This document shows positions 10,681 through 19,953 of a stretch of DNA of 64,000 bases, in pieces. A program made the translations under genes and the position numbers. The notes beneath the pieces were generated by a model. That model was not told the DNA's origin. It saw nothing but the letters and a program-made list of their open reading frames with translations, and did not search any database. This DNA is from Eubacteriales bacterium (GTDB taxonomy: Bacteria; Bacillota; Clostridia; Oscillospirales; CAG-272): positions 6,443-70,442 of the forward strand of contig JAZOCO010000045.1 of the NCBI GenBank assembly GCA_045596505.1, read 5' to 3'. The first letter of the stretch is position 1. Each line of letters opens with the position of its first letter.

Positions 10681-13080
10681 GTGGGGGTGATCTTTTTGAA
10701 TGAAAAACAAACAAAAGGGCGCGTGGCAAGGGCGTTTTTGTTAGTCACGCTTTGCCTGCTGATATTTTCCTGCGTTGCAGTGATAGTGGGGGCGATCTGG
10801 GCACGTACCGTGCCCGAAAGTGAGCTTAACGAGGATCTTTTTTCGATCGGCATCAGCGACAGGACCACACGGCTTTATTGTTATGACAGTAACGGTGAGA
10901 TCAAGGAGCTGACAAACGACCGCATCAGCGGCTATGAAAATGCGCTTTACTGTGCGCTTGGCGATATGCCAGAGGATCTCAAAAATGCATTTATTGCCAT
11001 AGAGGACAAGCGCTTTTATGAGCACGGTGGTATTGACTGGATCCGTACCATCCTTGCAGTAGGCAGCTATGTGCGTGGAGATACCGATGCTAAATTCGGT
11101 GGCTCAACCATCACACAGCAGTTGGTGAAAAACCTGACGGGTGACAGTGAGAAAAGCATCAAGCGTAAGGTGGGGGAGCTGATGCGTGCGGCAAAGGTAG
11201 AGGAAAAGCTTTCCAAGGATGCCATATTAGAGCAGTATCTGAACGTAGTGAATTTGGCGCAAAACTGCTATGGAGTGAAAACGGCTGCCAATGCTTATTT
11301 TTCAAAGGAGCCGATAGAGTTAACCTTGGCAGAATGTGCCACCATAGCGGCAATTACCAACAATCCGTCAAAATACGATCCCATAAGACATCCGCAAAAC
11401 AATCGCGCACGGCGTGACCTGATCCTTTTTGAAATGAAGGAGCAGAGCATGATCGATGATGCTTCTTATCGCGCGGCGATTGCCGAGGATATCGTATTAA
11501 AGATCAATCCTGATGCCATGACGGGACGTGTTAATTCCTGGTACGCGGATCTTGCCATCTCCGATGTAATAGATGCATTGATAAGGGAAAAGGGTTATAC
11601 ACAAGCCGAAGCAAGCCGACTTGTGTATTGTGGAGGTCTGAAGATCTATGTGTCAATGAATGAGGAGCTGCAACGAGCAGTGGAGGAGTATTACCGTAAC
11701 AGCGATAATTTCCCAACTCACAAGGGTGGTGAAAAGGCACAGAGTGCCGTGATGATCTTAGATCCCGCAAGCGGTGATATTTTAGCAGTGGCGGGTGCAG
11801 TGGGAGAAAAGCGCTCCAATCGCATTCAAAATTACGCCACCAATACAAAACGCCCCTCAGGCTCTGTAATAAAGCCCTTGTCGGTATATGCCCCCGCACT
11901 TGAAAACGGGCTTATCACCTACGGAAGTGTTTTTGACGATGTGCCCCTTTCCTTTCGCCAAAACGGTGCACCGTGGCCAAAGAATTCCCCCGATATCTAC
12001 CGTGGTCTTACAACAGTAAACGCAGCGCTCACACATTCCGTCAATACTGTGTCTATCTCGGTGCTCAACAGGCTTGGCGCAAGATCCTCTTATCGTTTTT
12101 TAACGGATAAGCTGCATTTTCATTCTCTCGACGGAGAAAAGGATCTTGGCGCTGCGTCCCTTGCACTGGGGCAGCAATATCAGGGTGTTACACTGCGGGA
12201 GCTCCTCGGTGGTTATACAGTGCTTGCAAACAACGGCGTGTTTGAAAGCCCACGCAGCTATTATAAGGTGCTTGATGGGAGAGGCGAGCTACTGCTCAGC
12301 AACGAGCGTCGAGAAGCACGCGTGTTAAGTACGGATACCGCATCTATTATGACAATGATGCTGCGAAAGGTTGTTAAAGAGGGAACGGGAAAAGCATTAA
12401 CACTGAAAAACAAGATCGACGTTGCAGGCAAAACGGGAACCAGCAGCAATAACTGCGACAAATGGTTCATCGGCTACACGCCGGAGCTTTTATGCGGCGT
12501 GTGGTATGGATATGAGTACCCTAAGTCTGTTGCAGACGTTAGCGGTAATCACGCTCTTGCTATTTTTGATGATGTAATGCACAGCGCCATTGAGATCGCA
12601 GGTATAAGGGAAAGACAGTTTAAAAACGATGATTCGGTCGTGGCAGTAAGATATTGTAAGGATTCGGGAATGCTGTTGTCCGAAGCGTGCCACCTCGATC
12701 CGCGCGGCGACCGAAGCGAGATCGGATATTTTAAAAAGGGAACGGAGCCGAAGCATGAGTGTCGGTGTCATGTGCTTATCGACTACTGCGAGGGAGGCGG
12801 TATTGCGACAAACGATTGTCCCGAGGAGCACCGCCACAAAACCGCACTGCTGAATGTTACAAGAAGCTTTCCGCGCCCGATAAGGGTGTTGGATGCGCCC
12901 TATTCTTACGGTGGATATTATATCGAAAACGGACGGGAATTATCTGAAAATGAGCCATATTATGCTGGAAAATACAAAACAAGGCAAAATTTTGGCATTG
13001 GTATGGATGTGATCCCTTACAATCACGTGTGTCCCGCACACACAGGAGATTCGTTTTGGAGTAGGCGCTTTCATTTTTAA
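10681..13080 (+). CDS. class A penicillin-binding protein (PBP1A family) with Cys/His-rich C-terminal extension
   Basis: GT51 motifs 'EDKRFYEHGGID' and 'GGSTITQQLVKN'. Transpeptidase 'SGSVIKP', 'SVN' and 'KTGTS'. N-terminal TM anchor. Start codon (GTG 10681, GTG 10687 or TTG 10696) is uncertain. Confidence 0.9.
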   Translation: MGVIFLNEKQTKGRVARAFLLVTLCLLIFSCVAVIVGAIWARTVPESELNEDLFSIGISDRTTRLYCYDSNGEIKELTNDRISGYENALYCALGDMPEDLKNAFIAIEDKRFYEHGGIDWIRTILAVGSYVRGDTDAKFGGSTITQQLVKNLTGDSEKSIKRKVGELMRAAKVEEKLSKDAILEQYLNVVNLAQNCYGVKTAANAYFSKEPIELTLAECATIAAITNNPSKYDPIRHPQNNRARRDLILFEMKEQSMIDDASYRAAIAEDIVLKINPDAMTGRVNSWYADLAISDVIDALIREKGYTQAEASRLVYCGGLKIYVSMNEELQRAVEEYYRNSDNFPTHKGGEKAQSAVMILDPASGDILAVAGAVGEKRSNRIQNYATNTKRPSGSVIKPLSVYAPALENGLITYGSVFDDVPLSFRQNGAPWPKNSPDIYRGLTTVNAALTHSVNTVSISVLNRLGARSSYRFLTDKLHFHSLDGEKDLGAASLALGQQYQGVTLRELLGGYTVLANNGVFESPRSYYKVLDGRGELLLSNERREARVLSTDTASIMTMMLRKVVKEGTGKALTLKNKIDVAGKTGTSSNNCDKWFIGYTPELLCGVWYGYEYPKSVADVSGNHALAIFDDVMHSAIEIAGIRERQFKNDDSVVAVRYCKDSGMLLSEACHLDPRGDRSEIGYFKKGTEPKHECRCHVLIDYCEGGGIATNDCPEEHRHKTALLNVTRSFPRPIRVLDAPYSYGGYYIENGRELSENEPYYAGKYKTRQNFGIGMDVIPYNHVCPAHTGDSFWSRRFHF

Positions 13081-13099
13081 AAGGTGTGCTTAAAACAGA

Positions 13100-13143
13100 A
13101 ATGGCTGACCGTGTATTCTGCATCGGTCAGCCATTATTTTTAT
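13100..13143. terminator. bidirectional rho-independent terminator between PBP1A and mnmA
   Basis: 12-bp perfect stem AATGGCTGACCG (13100-13111) / CGGTCAGCCATT (13124-13135), followed by ATTTTTAT. An A-run lies upstream. Confidence 0.8.
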
Positions 13144-13153
13144 CGCATCTAAC

Positions 13154-14218
13154 TCATTGAATGATGCCACCGCCAACCACGTAGTCCCCGTCGTAAAGGA
13201 CAAGCGACTGCCCGGGGGAGATAGCGCGTTGGGGTGTTTTAAATTCAACCGTCAGCTCCGTTTCTCCTGTTTGCTCAACGCGTGCGGGTGCTGCATCCTG
13301 ACGGTATCTTGCCTTGGCAAGAAGGGTCAGGGGTGCATCGAGCCTTTCAAAGGGAATAAGGTTTATATCGCGCACGGTAAGGCGCGTGGTAAAAAGATCA
13401 CTGTTGTCGCCAAGAGTCACAGTGTTTTCAGCGGGGGATTTTGAGATCACAAACATAGGCTTGCCAAGGGAAATGCCAAGCCCCTTGCGCTGTCCCACGG
13501 TGTAATGCACGATCCCGCGGTGCTTGCCAAGCACGGTGCCGTCAAGTGCGAGAAAATCTCCCTGCTTTGGAGGGCACCCTGCGTTCCTTTCGATAAATGC
13601 GCCGTAATCACCGTCCGGCACAAAGCAAATATCCTGGCTTTCCTTTTTTTGCACTGCCGAAAAGCCGTTTTCCCCTGCAATTTCACGCACCTGTGCCTTG
13701 GTCAGGTCACCGAGCGGAAACAGCACACGCGACAGCACGTCCTGCGAGAGTGTGTAGAGCACGTAGGATTGATCCTTTGTGGGGTCAGCGGCGCGGCGCA
13801 AAAGATGCCTGCCGTTTTGATCCTTTTCTATCCGTGCATAGTGTCCCGTGGCAAGCTTGCCGTAGCCCCTGTCATTTGCATAGCGCATCAGTGCACCGAA
13901 TTTAATGCTTTTATTGCATACAACACAGGGATTTGGCGTTTTTCCCGCCTCGTAAGCGCCAATAAAGGGACCTATCACGTGTTGCCGAAATTCGGTGGTA
14001 AGATCGGCTACAAAATGGGGAATACCAAGCAGTCGGCAAAGCCTTGCCGCATCCTCAATATCGCGTGCCAACGCTTTTCCTTGCTCGCTGCCTGCCGGTG
14101 CAAGCTGCATTGTAACGCCGGCAGCAGTTTTATCCTTTGAAGCCAGATACGCAGCAACTGCGCTGTCAACGCCACCACTCATCGCGATCATCACGGTATT
14201 ATCCATATACATTTTCAT
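13154..14218 (-). CDS. mnmA: tRNA 2-thiouridine(34) synthase
   Basis: PP-loop 'AMSGGVDSAVAAY', 'NPCVVCN' and 'ATGHYAR'. Confidence 0.9.
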   Translation of the reverse strand: MKMYMDNTVMIAMSGGVDSAVAAYLASKDKTAAGVTMQLAPAGSEQGKALARDIEDAARLCRLLGIPHFVADLTTEFRQHVIGPFIGAYEAGKTPNPCVVCNKSIKFGALMRYANDRGYGKLATGHYARIEKDQNGRHLLRRAADPTKDQSYVLYTLSQDVLSRVLFPLGDLTKAQVREIAGENGFSAVQKKESQDICFVPDGDYGAFIERNAGCPPKQGDFLALDGTVLGKHRGIVHYTVGQRKGLGISLGKPMFVISKSPAENTVTLGDNSDLFTTRLTVRDINLIPFERLDAPLTLLAKARYRQDAAPARVEQTGETELTVEFKTPQRAISPGQSLVLYDGDYVVGGGIIQ

Positions 14219-14240
14219 TCCAATCGTGTTTTTTCTGAAA

Positions 14241-14753
14241 TCAGATCTTATCTTTGCACCAATCGTATTTTGTCAAAGCGCCCTTTTGAAGTAGTCCCCC
14301 AAACGATTTCTGCCGCAGCACCTCATATACGGCAATCGCTACGGAATTAGAGAGGTTAAGGCTGCGAAGTCCCTCACGCATAGGTATGCGCACGGCGGTA
14401 TCAGGATGGGAGAGCAAAAGCTCCTCGGGTAGCCCCGCGCTTTCCTTGCCAAACATCAAAAACACCTCGTCGGGGTATTCTACATCTGCATATGTATGGG
14501 TTGCCTTCGTAGTAAAAAAATAGATCGGCTTGGCACCGTGTCTTTCTAAAAAATCGGCAAGTCCATCATAGTAGGTAATATCAAGCTTGTCCCAGTAATC
14601 AAGCCCCGCGCGCTTCAGCTTTTTATCGTCAATGGTAAAGCCAAGGGGGCGAATGAGATGTAGCGACGCGCCCGTCGCAGCACAGGTTCTGGCAATATTG
14701 CCGGTATTTTGCGGAATCTCCGGCTCAAGCAGCACGATATGTATTTTTGACAT
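14241..14753 (-). CDS. trmL: tRNA (cytidine/uridine-2'-O)-methyltransferase, SpoU/TrmL type
   Basis: 'IVLLEPEIPQNTGNIARTCAA' and 'LNLSNSVAIAVYE'. Start set at ATG 14753 behind GGGGG (14763-14767). The track ORF is N-terminally extended. Confidence 0.85.
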   Translation of the reverse strand: MSKIHIVLLEPEIPQNTGNIARTCAATGASLHLIRPLGFTIDDKKLKRAGLDYWDKLDITYYDGLADFLERHGAKPIYFFTTKATHTYADVEYPDEVFLMFGKESAGLPEELLLSHPDTAVRIPMREGLRSLNLSNSVAIAVYEVLRQKSFGGLLQKGALTKYDWCKDKI

Positions 14754-14912
14754 CAAATCCATCCCCCGAATAGTCGTTTTCTTTATTATAGAACATTTTT
14801 GCGACGCTTGCAAGTCGGGAGAAAATATTTTGCAAATTTTTTGCGTTTTATATAGCAATTTCTTTTATAGTGTAGTATAATAAATATAATTTGTATTAAT
14901 GCGGAGGAAACG

Positions 14913-17654
14913 ATGGGACTCTTTAGAAAAATTTTCGGCTCTTACAGTGACCGACAGATCAAAAAGCTGCGTCGCGTGGCTGATGAGATAGAGGCGCTTG
15001 CGCCTAAATATGCCGCGATGACGAATGAAGCGCTGGCAAATACCACAGGTGAGCTGAAGGCGCGTCTTGCCGGCGGGGAAACACTTGACGATATACTGCC
15101 GGATGCCTTTGCCGCCGTGCGAGAAGCAGATGACCGTGTGCTCGGCAAGCGCCCCTTTTACGTGCAGCTGCTGGGCGGTATTATTTTGCACCAGGGGCGC
15201 ATTGCCGAAATGAAGACCGGCGAGGGTAAAACCCTTGTCGCAACCATGCCCGCTTATCTTAACGCCTTGGCAGGCAAGGGCGTGCACGTGGTGACGGTCA
15301 ACGATTATCTTGCGCGCCGTGATAGCGAGGAGATGGGTAGAGTTTATGCCTTTATGGGTCTTTCCACGGGCCTTGTTGTGCACGGTATCACCCCCGCTGA
15401 AAAAAAGGCGGCGTACGAGGCGGATATCACTTATGGCACGAATAACGAATTTGGCTTTGACTATCTGCGTGATAACATGGTGGTCTATAAATCGGAGATG
15501 GTGCAACGCGGACACGCGTTTGCTATCGTTGACGAGGTCGACTCTATCCTGATCGACGAGGCGCGCACACCGCTTATCATTTCCGGCGCGGGAGAAAAAT
15601 CTACGGATCTTTACGACCGTGCCAATTCGCTTGTAAGGACGATGACAAAGCAGGTGCGTAAGGAGATCGACAGCAAGGAAGAAACTGACCATATCGAAGC
15701 TGATTATCTCGTGGATGAAAAGGCTCGCAACGCCATTCTCACGCCAAAGGGCGCACGGCGCGTTGAAGAATTTTTTGAGATCGAAAACTACGGTGACCCC
15801 GCCAACTCCGAGATCGCGCATCATATCACACAAGCCATTCACGCCTGGGGCGTTATGCGCCGCGACGTGGATTACGTGGTGAATGAGAACGGCGTTATGA
15901 TCGTAGATGCCTTTACCGGACGCATTATGCCAGGCCGCCGTTATTCAAACGGTCTACACCAAGCGATCGAAGCCAAGGAAGGCGTTGAAGTGCAAAAGGA
16001 AAACCGCACACTTGCCACCATCACGTTCCAAAATTATTTCCGCATGTACGGGAAGCTTTCGGGTATGACGGGAACTGCGCTCACCGAGGAGATGGAATTC
16101 CGCGAGATCTACTCTCTTGACGTGGTCGAAGTACCTACCAATAAGCCTATGATCCGTATTGATCGCAATGACGTGGTTTACAAAAACACCAAAGGCAAGA
16201 TCGATGCGATCGTAGCGCAGATCAAGGAATGTCACGCTAAAGGTCAACCCGTACTGGTTGGTACAGTGAGCGTGGATAAATCCGAGGAGCTTTCGGCTAA
16301 GCTGAAGCGGGAGGGCATTCGCCATAACGTCTTAAATGCAAAGCACCACGAAAGAGAAGCGGAGATCATTGCACAGGCAGGCAAGCTCGGCGCGGTTACC
16401 ATTTCCACAAACATGGCAGGGCGCGGCACGGATATTATGCTTGGCGGCAATCCCGAATTCCTTGCAAAAAATGAAATGCGCAAACAAGGCTTTTCGGAGG
16501 ATATGATCGTAATGGCAACCGGCACGACGGACATCGAGGACGATGATGTGCGTGCCGCACGCGAAACCTTCCACAAACTTAACGATCATTTCAAGCGCGA
16601 GATCGCCCCGGAGGCAGATCAGGTGCGTGAGGCTGGTGGACTTTATATTCTTGGCACAGAGCGCCACGAGAGCCGCCGTATTGATAACCAGCTGCGTGGA
16701 CGATCCGGCAGACAGGGTGATCCCGGCGAGTCAAGATTTTTCCTCTCACTTGAGGATGATCTTATGCGCCTGTTTGGTGCAGACCGCATTGCCGGTATGG
16801 TTGACCGTTTAGGTCTCCCTGAGGATCAACCTATCAACGCGCGTATTTTGTCAAGTTCAATCGAAAACGCCCAAAAGCGTATCGAGGATAACAACTTTAA
16901 GCGCCGTAAAAATGTACTCACTTACGACGATGTGATGAACCAGCAGCGCAACCTCATTTATACACAAAGACTTGAGGTCTTAAATGGTGAGAACATCTCA
17001 AGCACTATTCTTGATATGATTAGATCCACCATTGAGGAGAATGTTGCACACTTTATCGGCGACGGTGATGACGATACCTGCAACATTGAAGGGCTTGAGG
17101 CGGTCTATAAGTCTTATCTCCTGAAGGACGGCGACGATCTTGCCGAAATTATGAAGGAGAAAAAGAGAGACGAGGCACTCGTCACGTTTTTATGGGAGCG
17201 CGCAGAAGCGCTTTATGCCGAAAAGGAAAAACTTTTTGGCAACGAGGTGTTCCGCGAGGTTGAGCGCTCGATCCTGTTGCAATCTGTTGATCGGCATTGG
17301 ATGGAGCATATTGATGCAATGGACGATCTGAAGGGAAGTATCGGTCTGCAAGCATATGCACAGCGCGATCCTGTAAACGAATACCGTTTGCAGGGCTCGG
17401 ATATGTTTGAGGCGATGATTGCCGAAATCCGTGACGAAACGGTGCGGCGTGTGCTTACCGTGATCCCGAGACCTCAACCGATGCGCCGCGTACAGCTTGC
17501 AAAGCCATTACAGGAAAATTTTGCGGGAGAGGGAAAAGCGCAGAAGAAAAAGGTGGTCGTGGTCCGCAAGGCGGAAAAGATCGGAAGAAACGATCTGTGC
17601 CCATGCGGTAGTGGAAAGAAATATAAAAAATGCTGCGGAGCAAACAACCAATAA
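14913..17654 (+). CDS. secA: preprotein translocase ATPase SecA
   Basis: 913 aa. 'MKTGEGKTLVA' Walker A, 'DEVDSILIDEARTPLIISG' and C-terminal zinc finger 'CPCGSGKKYKKCCG'. Confidence 0.95.
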   Translation: MGLFRKIFGSYSDRQIKKLRRVADEIEALAPKYAAMTNEALANTTGELKARLAGGETLDDILPDAFAAVREADDRVLGKRPFYVQLLGGIILHQGRIAEMKTGEGKTLVATMPAYLNALAGKGVHVVTVNDYLARRDSEEMGRVYAFMGLSTGLVVHGITPAEKKAAYEADITYGTNNEFGFDYLRDNMVVYKSEMVQRGHAFAIVDEVDSILIDEARTPLIISGAGEKSTDLYDRANSLVRTMTKQVRKEIDSKEETDHIEADYLVDEKARNAILTPKGARRVEEFFEIENYGDPANSEIAHHITQAIHAWGVMRRDVDYVVNENGVMIVDAFTGRIMPGRRYSNGLHQAIEAKEGVEVQKENRTLATITFQNYFRMYGKLSGMTGTALTEEMEFREIYSLDVVEVPTNKPMIRIDRNDVVYKNTKGKIDAIVAQIKECHAKGQPVLVGTVSVDKSEELSAKLKREGIRHNVLNAKHHEREAEIIAQAGKLGAVTISTNMAGRGTDIMLGGNPEFLAKNEMRKQGFSEDMIVMATGTTDIEDDDVRAARETFHKLNDHFKREIAPEADQVREAGGLYILGTERHESRRIDNQLRGRSGRQGDPGESRFFLSLEDDLMRLFGADRIAGMVDRLGLPEDQPINARILSSSIENAQKRIEDNNFKRRKNVLTYDDVMNQQRNLIYTQRLEVLNGENISSTILDMIRSTIEENVAHFIGDGDDDTCNIEGLEAVYKSYLLKDGDDLAEIMKEKKRDEALVTFLWERAEALYAEKEKLFGNEVFREVERSILLQSVDRHWMEHIDAMDDLKGSIGLQAYAQRDPVNEYRLQGSDMFEAMIAEIRDETVRRVLTVIPRPQPMRRVQLAKPLQENFAGEGKAQKKKVVVVRKAEKIGRNDLCPCGSGKKYKKCCGANNQ

Positions 17655-17681
17655 TTGATCAATTGCAAAGGAGGAATGTAA

Positions 17682-18278
17682 ATGGGATTTGGAATGTTGC
17701 TTATTGGCTACTTTTTGGCAAATATCTTACCTGTCATCTCTGCATTTTCCTTTGCAATGCTATTAGGATATCCGCTTGTAATCGCCGGACTTTACCGTTT
17801 AGCACCTTACGACAAGAGATTTTACCATTCTATGTGGGTAGCCTTGCCGTCCCCCCTCTTTGCCATATATTATACAGTTTTCGGGTTTGCAACAGTGGGG
17901 CTCTTACCGAGCTTTACTTTCCTTGGTGGAACGGTCTATTTTGTTGTTGAATGGCTCTATTTTTCCTATACACTACTGCTTAATTTTTTGATTTTGCGAA
18001 GCATAGCTTCTTTCACGGGAGATATGGGTCTTTACAGCACGCAAAGCGCGGCTTGGCGAAATTTAACCTTTACACTCATTTATCACGCTGTGTATTTGAT
18101 CATCAAATTGCCCATTCCGTTAATGCATGCCCACGGCGGGGCGTTTGCGTTGCCCGTTACTTTACTGCGCTATCTTTGCGTGTTTTTGAACCTGTGGCTC
18201 TTCTTCCTTTGCTATCGTAATATTCTACCCGAGGGAAGCGAAGCAACTGTCACACAAAACAAACGAAAGGAAAAGTAA
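17682..18278 (+). CDS. polytopic membrane protein, function unknown
   Basis: 198 aa, about 6 hydrophobic helices, directly downstream of secA. Shares an N-terminal module with the next gene. Confidence 0.65.
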   Translation: MGFGMLLIGYFLANILPVISAFSFAMLLGYPLVIAGLYRLAPYDKRFYHSMWVALPSPLFAIYYTVFGFATVGLLPSFTFLGGTVYFVVEWLYFSYTLLLNFLILRSIASFTGDMGLYSTQSAAWRNLTFTLIYHAVYLIIKLPIPLMHAHGGAFALPVTLLRYLCVFLNLWLFFLCYRNILPEGSEATVTQNKRKEK

Positions 18279-19673
18279 ATGAACAAGCAAAAATCCCTTC
18301 ATTTTGTTCCGGTTCTGATCGGTCTTTGTTTCTTTTTCAATCCCTATTTTGCCGTTATTGATTTTTTGCCCGATTTTATCGGGTGCCTGCTAATCGCTTT
18401 GGGTCTTTTCCATGTTTCTCGTATTTACGCACCGATGCGTGAGGCAAGACGTTCTTTTTTCATATTAGCCATCATTGATCTTGTTAAGAATTTGATGCTA
18501 CTGTTTGTTTTTGGAAATTCTGCATTGGGCGAACAGGAGGTGCTGGTGCTGATCGTTGCTTTTTTAAGTGCAACACTTGGCACTACCTTTACCGTTGTTG
18601 CAATGCGAAAGCTGTTTGACGGATTTGATTGGATCGCTTGGAGCTATGACTGTACGCCGCTGTATATGCCTGTGCTTGGGCGCAGGTCGCGCACTGAACT
18701 ATTTAGGCATTTCACGATCTTCTTCTTGATATTTAAAGAAACTGTGCTATTATTGCCCGAGTTTGCTTCGCTTCTCAATAGCTCGTATGTGAATTCGGAT
18801 ATGATCCGTATTTACGACTATATCGGCGTTATGCGTGTCCTCGCCATCATTCCCGCACTTATTTTGGGTATTCTTTGGCTTTGCGCCCTGATCTCCTATT
18901 TTGTACACCTACATAAGCAAAAGGAGCTTTTTGAACATTTAACTCTGCAATATCGCAGTTATATGTCCGAGCATCCCGGCATTCGCGTTTTGACAAGATA
19001 TACAGTCTCTTTTTTGCTGATCGGCACAGGCATGCTGTTGCTTGCTGATTTTTATCTTGATTTTCGCGATATTTTACCAGATCCTCTTGGCGGTGTCTTG
19101 ATCGTGATCGGCATTGCACTTTTGGGATTGCCAAAAAACAAGCTTCTTCCGGCACTGCTTTCTGCCTGTGCTTACACAGCTGCTTCGGCTTTCTCTTCCG
19201 GTAAAAGTTATGCATTCGTTTCTCATTATTCCGGCAGCGATATTGCACGTAGCGAAGAGGCGGCAGGTGCTTATGAAGCTATGTGGTTGTCTTCCCTTGG
19301 CGAGTTTGCCCTTTTTCTTATCTTACTCCTTTTCCTGCTTCTCGCTCTCCGCGCGGTACTCCTTAAATGGGGTGGATACGTTCCCCAGCACACCGACAGG
19401 GAATTTGAAAAAAGACACGCAAAAAAAATACACGATGAGTTTGATTGGCAATTTATAAAATGCTATATTTTCGGCTTTTTCAGCGCACTTTTATCTTTTT
19501 TCTTTGATTATTTTAAAACTTGGACAAATACGGAAAAACTTCGCTATTTTTCGAGATTTATGGAAGGACTTTGGATCCCGGATCTTTTGCTGGCACTCTT
19601 TTTCTCTATTTATTTATTTTATACCCTTGCTGGGGTGATGGAGAAAATTAAAGAGCGCTTCCAATTTGAATGA
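18279..19673 (+). CDS. polytopic membrane protein, function unknown (internally repeated module)
   Basis: 464 aa and about 10 or more helices. ATG immediately follows the previous stop. The module 'DFLPDFIGCLLIALGL' recurs as 'DILPDPLGGVLIVIGIALLGL'. Confidence 0.65.
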   Translation: MNKQKSLHFVPVLIGLCFFFNPYFAVIDFLPDFIGCLLIALGLFHVSRIYAPMREARRSFFILAIIDLVKNLMLLFVFGNSALGEQEVLVLIVAFLSATLGTTFTVVAMRKLFDGFDWIAWSYDCTPLYMPVLGRRSRTELFRHFTIFFLIFKETVLLLPEFASLLNSSYVNSDMIRIYDYIGVMRVLAIIPALILGILWLCALISYFVHLHKQKELFEHLTLQYRSYMSEHPGIRVLTRYTVSFLLIGTGMLLLADFYLDFRDILPDPLGGVLIVIGIALLGLPKNKLLPALLSACAYTAASAFSSGKSYAFVSHYSGSDIARSEEAAGAYEAMWLSSLGEFALFLILLLFLLLALRAVLLKWGGYVPQHTDREFEKRHAKKIHDEFDWQFIKCYIFGFFSALLSFFFDYFKTWTNTEKLRYFSRFMEGLWIPDLLLALFFSIYLFYTLAGVMEKIKERFQFE

Positions 19674-19684
19674 ACAACCTTTTA

Positions 19685-19715
19685 TGAATAACAACCTTTT
19701 GCCCATCACATACTA
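19685..19715 (+). promoter_or_regulatory. forespore-type (sigma-G/sigma-F-like) promoter candidate
   Basis: TGAATA (19685-19690), an 18-nt spacer, then CATACTA (19709-19715). This matches the Bacillus sigma-G consensus GnATR-18-CAtnnTA. It lies ~40 nt upstream of the microprotein start. Confidence 0.45.
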
Positions 19716-19754
19716 TTTCTGTCCCCGTGAATGATATAAAAGGAGATTTATGTG

Positions 19755-19892
19755 ATGCAGCAAAATCAGAACAACCAAAACAACCAGAATAGCCAAAACA
19801 ATCAGAATCAAAACAGAAATCAAAACAACCAAAACCAGAATAGGAACAATCAGAATAACCAAAACCAGAACAAGAACAACCAAAGCCGATAA
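19755..19892 (+). CDS. 45-aa Asn/Gln-rich microprotein (candidate small spore protein)
   Basis: Own translation: MQQNQNNQNNQNSQNNQNQNRNQNNQNQNRNNQNNQNQNKNNQSR*. RBS AAAGGAG (19739-19745) lies 9 nt before the ATG. It has a dedicated terminator and a sigma-G-like promoter. It is below the 60-aa ORF-track cutoff. Confidence 0.6.
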   Translation: MQQNQNNQNNQNSQNNQNQNRNQNNQNQNRNNQNNQNQNKNNQSR

Positions 19893-19905
19893 ATTGGCAA
19901 GGGGC

Positions 19906-19931
19906 GGGGCGGACTTGTTCGCCCCGTTTTT
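19906..19931 (+). terminator. rho-independent terminator of the microprotein gene
   Basis: GGGGCG (19906-19911) / CGCCCC (19920-19925), an 8-nt loop, then GTTTTT. Confidence 0.75.
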
Positions 19932-19953
19932 GATTACCAAAGAGAGGTTACAT

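Noticed and set aside
14865-15842. Long antisense ORFs opposite well-supported genes. Examples are 325 aa opposite secA, 38992..39945 opposite purA, 52258..53163 opposite the SGNH esterase / DUF2344 genes and 58364..59038 opposite a GFO gene. Others are 61408..62163 opposite the SDR, 896..1651 opposite the M18 peptidase, 35119..35889 opposite apgM and 44..499 opposite prfA.
   Set aside because: These are mirror-frame artefacts of coding sequence. None has an RBS, their compositions are junk-like (Arg/Ser/Cys-rich), and each is fully covered by a gene with unmistakable family motifs on the other strand.
19713-19940. 75-aa extremely hydrophobic (Leu/Val/Ile) ORF on the minus strand.
   Set aside because: It is the reverse complement of the AAC/CAA/CAG repeat. 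It starts on TTG inside the terminator with no RBS. The plus-strand N/Q frame has an RBS, a promoter and a terminator.
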